Assembly: GCA_043228905.1 (NCBI GenBank)
Contig: JBHGNT010000005.1
Span: 10,292,001 to 10,356,000 of the forward strand
Length of the DNA: 64,000 nt
Origin: Azolla caroliniana
Lineage: Eukaryota > Plantae > Polypodiophyta
Reading direction: 5' to 3'
The notes under the pieces were generated by a model. It worked only from the letters and a program-made list of their open reading frames with translations. It had not been told where the DNA came from and ran no database searches. The position numbers and the translations under genes are program-made. The stretch's first letter is position 1; the number at the start of each line of letters is the position of its first letter. Below, piece by piece: positions 60,589 to 64,000 of the stretch.

Positions 60589-62547
60589 ATGGAGAATTTC
60601 ATTCTAAGGGCCATAATCTCTGCCGGGCTTATTCTTGTGGCATTCGCGGTTTTGCTTCGCAAGAAACCCAAGCATATAACCAGCCTCAAGGACAAGCATG
60701 TGTTCATTACAGGTGGATCAAGTGGCATTGGCTTAGCTTTGGCAAAGCTCTGCCTCTCACAAGGGGCCTATGTGACCCTCATCTCCAAGACGCATGCGAA
60801 ACTCGTCAATGCTTATGAAGTTCTCACCAAAACCATGGGATATCCTTCCGATCACATCCGTTTCGAGGTATGTTTTAACAACCCTTATGTGTTTTTTTGG
60901 AACACCTTTGTTTATAAACTCTTTTTCTTTTCTTACTTTCAAATACTCATGGTGTTGTGTCAAGCCATGTTGATACGCATAGGCAGTTGATGTAGGTGAT
61001 GCAGCCGCGGTTTCATCGGTCATCAAGGGAAGTTTGAATTGGAGGGCGATCGACATATTGATTTGTAATGCCGGATTAGCGTGCCAAGGCCACCTAGATG
61101 AAGTCGAGATCAAACAGTTGGAGTATATGGCAAGAAGCAATTTCTTAGGTTGTGTGTTTCCCCTTCATGCTGCCCTTTCTCACATCAAGTCAAGAAGCTT
61201 TCACACCCCTTGTTCCGTCATCATCATGGGCTCATCGGCAAGCTTGGTAAGCAAATCATCTCATCACTTTTTATTGTCTCATATGCTAAGCTATTCTAAT
61301 CACCTTTAATCTTGCAGGCATTCATACCCGAGGCGAACATATACACTGCAACAAAGCATGCACTGAAAGGGCTTGCCGATTATCTGAGGGTTGAACTCAT
61401 GCCATACAACATTCCAGTAACATTTGCGTGTCCACCTTTCGTAGAGACTCCAATGCTGGATCAAGGTAAAAAGAAAATGCAACAACATAAGGCAACCAAA
61501 CTCAACTAGCCAAGTATATATGGTGGACATAATTGGTGAATGTGTGAGGAAAATGTCAGGTCTTATATTGCTTGCCACATCACAAAACAAACATGTTTCT
61601 GACATCCTTTTCCTCATCCAGGAAGGAGCCCACACATTCTCTCATGTTTCTGTTAACCATGTTCGGCGTTATCATTGTAAGAGAGAGGGGGAGAAAAACC
61701 CATGTAGAGAGTTGGATGAAGGTAAACTAGCCAATTGTATATTGATTGGCTGGCGAAGACCTTCAATGCACCTATTAACCTGGCATGATGCACACCACCA
61801 TTATAACAAGTGGAAAGGACATTTGTCTTCCATGTGGGAGAAGAGTGTTCACCATTATGAGCTTATGTAGGTGAGGCTCCACATACCAAACCAGGTGAGG
61901 TGAGGCTTAAGGGTTGTTGGTTCCAATAGGATGAGGTTACTACCACATTTAAGAGCTTTTAGACATTTTTCTCTCTGTGTCTGGAAAACCCTAGTTTTTT
62001 TCATGTTACTCTTCCCTATAGTGTTTTAACCTTAATGATGGGTAGGGGCATGACAACACCCTTCCCTGCACAGTGCATCGCACCTGAAAATGTCCGTGAG
62101 AATTGTGTGCATCTTCTTAATATTGTTCATAAAGACAAGTTCTTTCTGTTTTTTGAAATGCAAGGTTTTTCATGCCTTCCCCTCCTCCCCCCCACCAATT
62201 CCTCTCTCTAACTAGTGAAAGGTTATTGCTAATGAAAATGTTTGTCAGTGGACAAAGCGGGGCGAAGCGCAAAGCTGATACAGAAGCTTTGTTTCTACGA
62301 CCGATCGAGAGCACAGTCGGCGGAGGAGGTGGCACACAGGGTAATGGAGGCGGCGAAGAGAGGTGAATTTCTTGCGACCACCGATATTGGCTCGTTCATA
62401 CTCAGTGTGTTGGGTCGGGGCATCATCCCTGCGGATTCATTGGGCAGAGCTCTTTGTGAACTCCTTTGTATGGTGCCAATGAGGATTATCAGCTTCTATT
62501 GGTTCTCCTATGCCACAAGGCTTCTGCAAAGACCCAAGTCCCACTGA
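60589..62547 (+). CDS. TSC10: 3-ketodihydrosphingosine reductase-like short-chain dehydrogenase, 4 exons
   Basis: N-terminal TM helix, HVFITGGSSGIG, LICNAG, YTATK catalytic motif, PP.VETP. Exons ~60589-60867, 60983-61245, 61318-61465, 62249-62547. Confidence 0.82.
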
Positions 62548-64000
62548 CTCTGCTAACTTTCATCAATGGTCATTCATATCCCCAATCATGATGACCTCCC
62601 CCCATTCATGGATCCCCATTTCTTTGCTCCAGTAACAAACTTTCCGATTTTAGCCCTTGTTGATAATATTGATCTCACATGCTCCTTCTAAATAAACCAT
62701 TTGCGATCAAGGAATGACCTTCATGAGGATGTTCAGCCACAGAAACATGCTCATGTCTCCTCTAAAATTATGCACACTCTATAGTCTTTGCAGACAACCT
62801 AGCGATTCCCGTAATATTCAATAAATGGCTTGCCTAAGTGATGTTCATATATATATCCTCTAGTCATGCACTCTGCTCATCATTGTGAGTCACACAGCTC
62901 CATTAATGGATTGCTCTCTACAATCAACAAATGACCTTCTTGAGGATGTTCAACTAGAGAAACATGATCATGTATCCTCTGATCATGCGCTCTGTCTGGT
63001 CTTTGCACACACAGTCTATCTAGTAAATCACAACAATAATAACATTAAATTAGAAACATCCACATCTCAAACAAGCATATGCAACCATCCATCCAATGCC
63101 CATCCAACCTACATCATTGAAGGCAATCAATCATCCCCAATGTTGCAACTTAAAATCATCATTGTTATTTGTGAAAGGGAACCCAACAGATTGTTTGACC
63201 ATTGGAAAGATTTATGAGGAAATCTAGAACTCTTCTCAAACATTCATCCATCTCTTAAAGAAGCAGGCTAGGGCTCTCGTGGAAGTGGATTGAGAACATA
63301 GTGATGTTTTCTTATAACAAAGAAATATGTGTTTACCTATTTCTATATTTTATGTATGATCTGAATGCATACACAAAAGAAACGTGTGCTACCTATCTCT
63401 AGATTTCTCGTATGATTTTAACACATACACAAAGAAATATGTTTACCTATTCTATATTGCTTGTATGCAAAGAAGAGGCACCGTCCATCACATTGTCTAA
63501 TAAGCATGCCAAGTTCTGTCAAATTTAAGCATGTACATGCCTCAAATAGGCAGGCTTAAGGGCTGATTTTCTACTAAATTTTACCGTATTACTTACTGTC
63601 TTCTTCTTACTAGTCAGCAGTTACACCCGCTAAATTTTTTACAAAGTTTAACAAAATACCCCTATGAGTTTCAAAGTGTGCTTGAATTACTTACTCTTGA
63701 GGTAGCATCTCTACCTAGTAGTGGGCATCTTTACATAGGAGGGGCCATGACAAGAATGTAGTTTAAAGAAGAGAAATTTGTGTAGATTTCATCGACGATG
63801 AAGCTTGACTATAATTTTTGGTACAATGTTTTTTTGTTCTTTCCACATTTTGAATTTTGGCATTAGAAAATCTCTCTTGTTACTCACACATATCTTGATG
63901 GCTATCTCTCTTGTGAAGAAGGGACGAGATCCCATGTCTCGTTCTTTGAGAGTGCTTGCATCTCCCCATTCATAGCTTCAACCCATCATGGGTCTTTTGC

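Overview
Plant nuclear DNA. Element types suggest a non-seed plant such as a fern, but that is an inference. Bases 1 to ~44.3 kb are a deep nest of about ten retroelements: two pieces of an Athila/Tat-like Ty3/gypsy family, a tRNA-Trp-primed Phygy-like gypsy with two non-autonomous relatives, five Ty1/copia copies (one young Tork/Tnt1-like copy is almost intact), a chromodomain gypsy that hosts at least the right end of the nest, and an L1 LINE remnant. Bases ~45-63 kb are AT-rich and hold three intron-containing genes: an At3g49140/At3g59300-like plastid-targeted protein, an MRS2/MGT Mg2+ transporter and a TSC10/KDSR-like reductase. The most striking observation is at 16412-16428. The Athila/Tat-like family has no polypurine tract before its 3' LTR. 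It has instead a sense copy of a tRNA-Arg(UCU) 3' end including CCA, while a homologous 5' LTR is followed by a normal PBS for a different tRNA-Arg. This suggests both cDNA strands are tRNA-primed. Other leads are a copia/gypsy junction that shares one LTR, tRNA-like Pol III boxes inside LTRs, strong CCGG enrichment in the TEs, and an MRS2 channel with AVN in place of the GMN signature. All comparisons were made by eye and tRNA matches are from recalled plant tRNA sequences.
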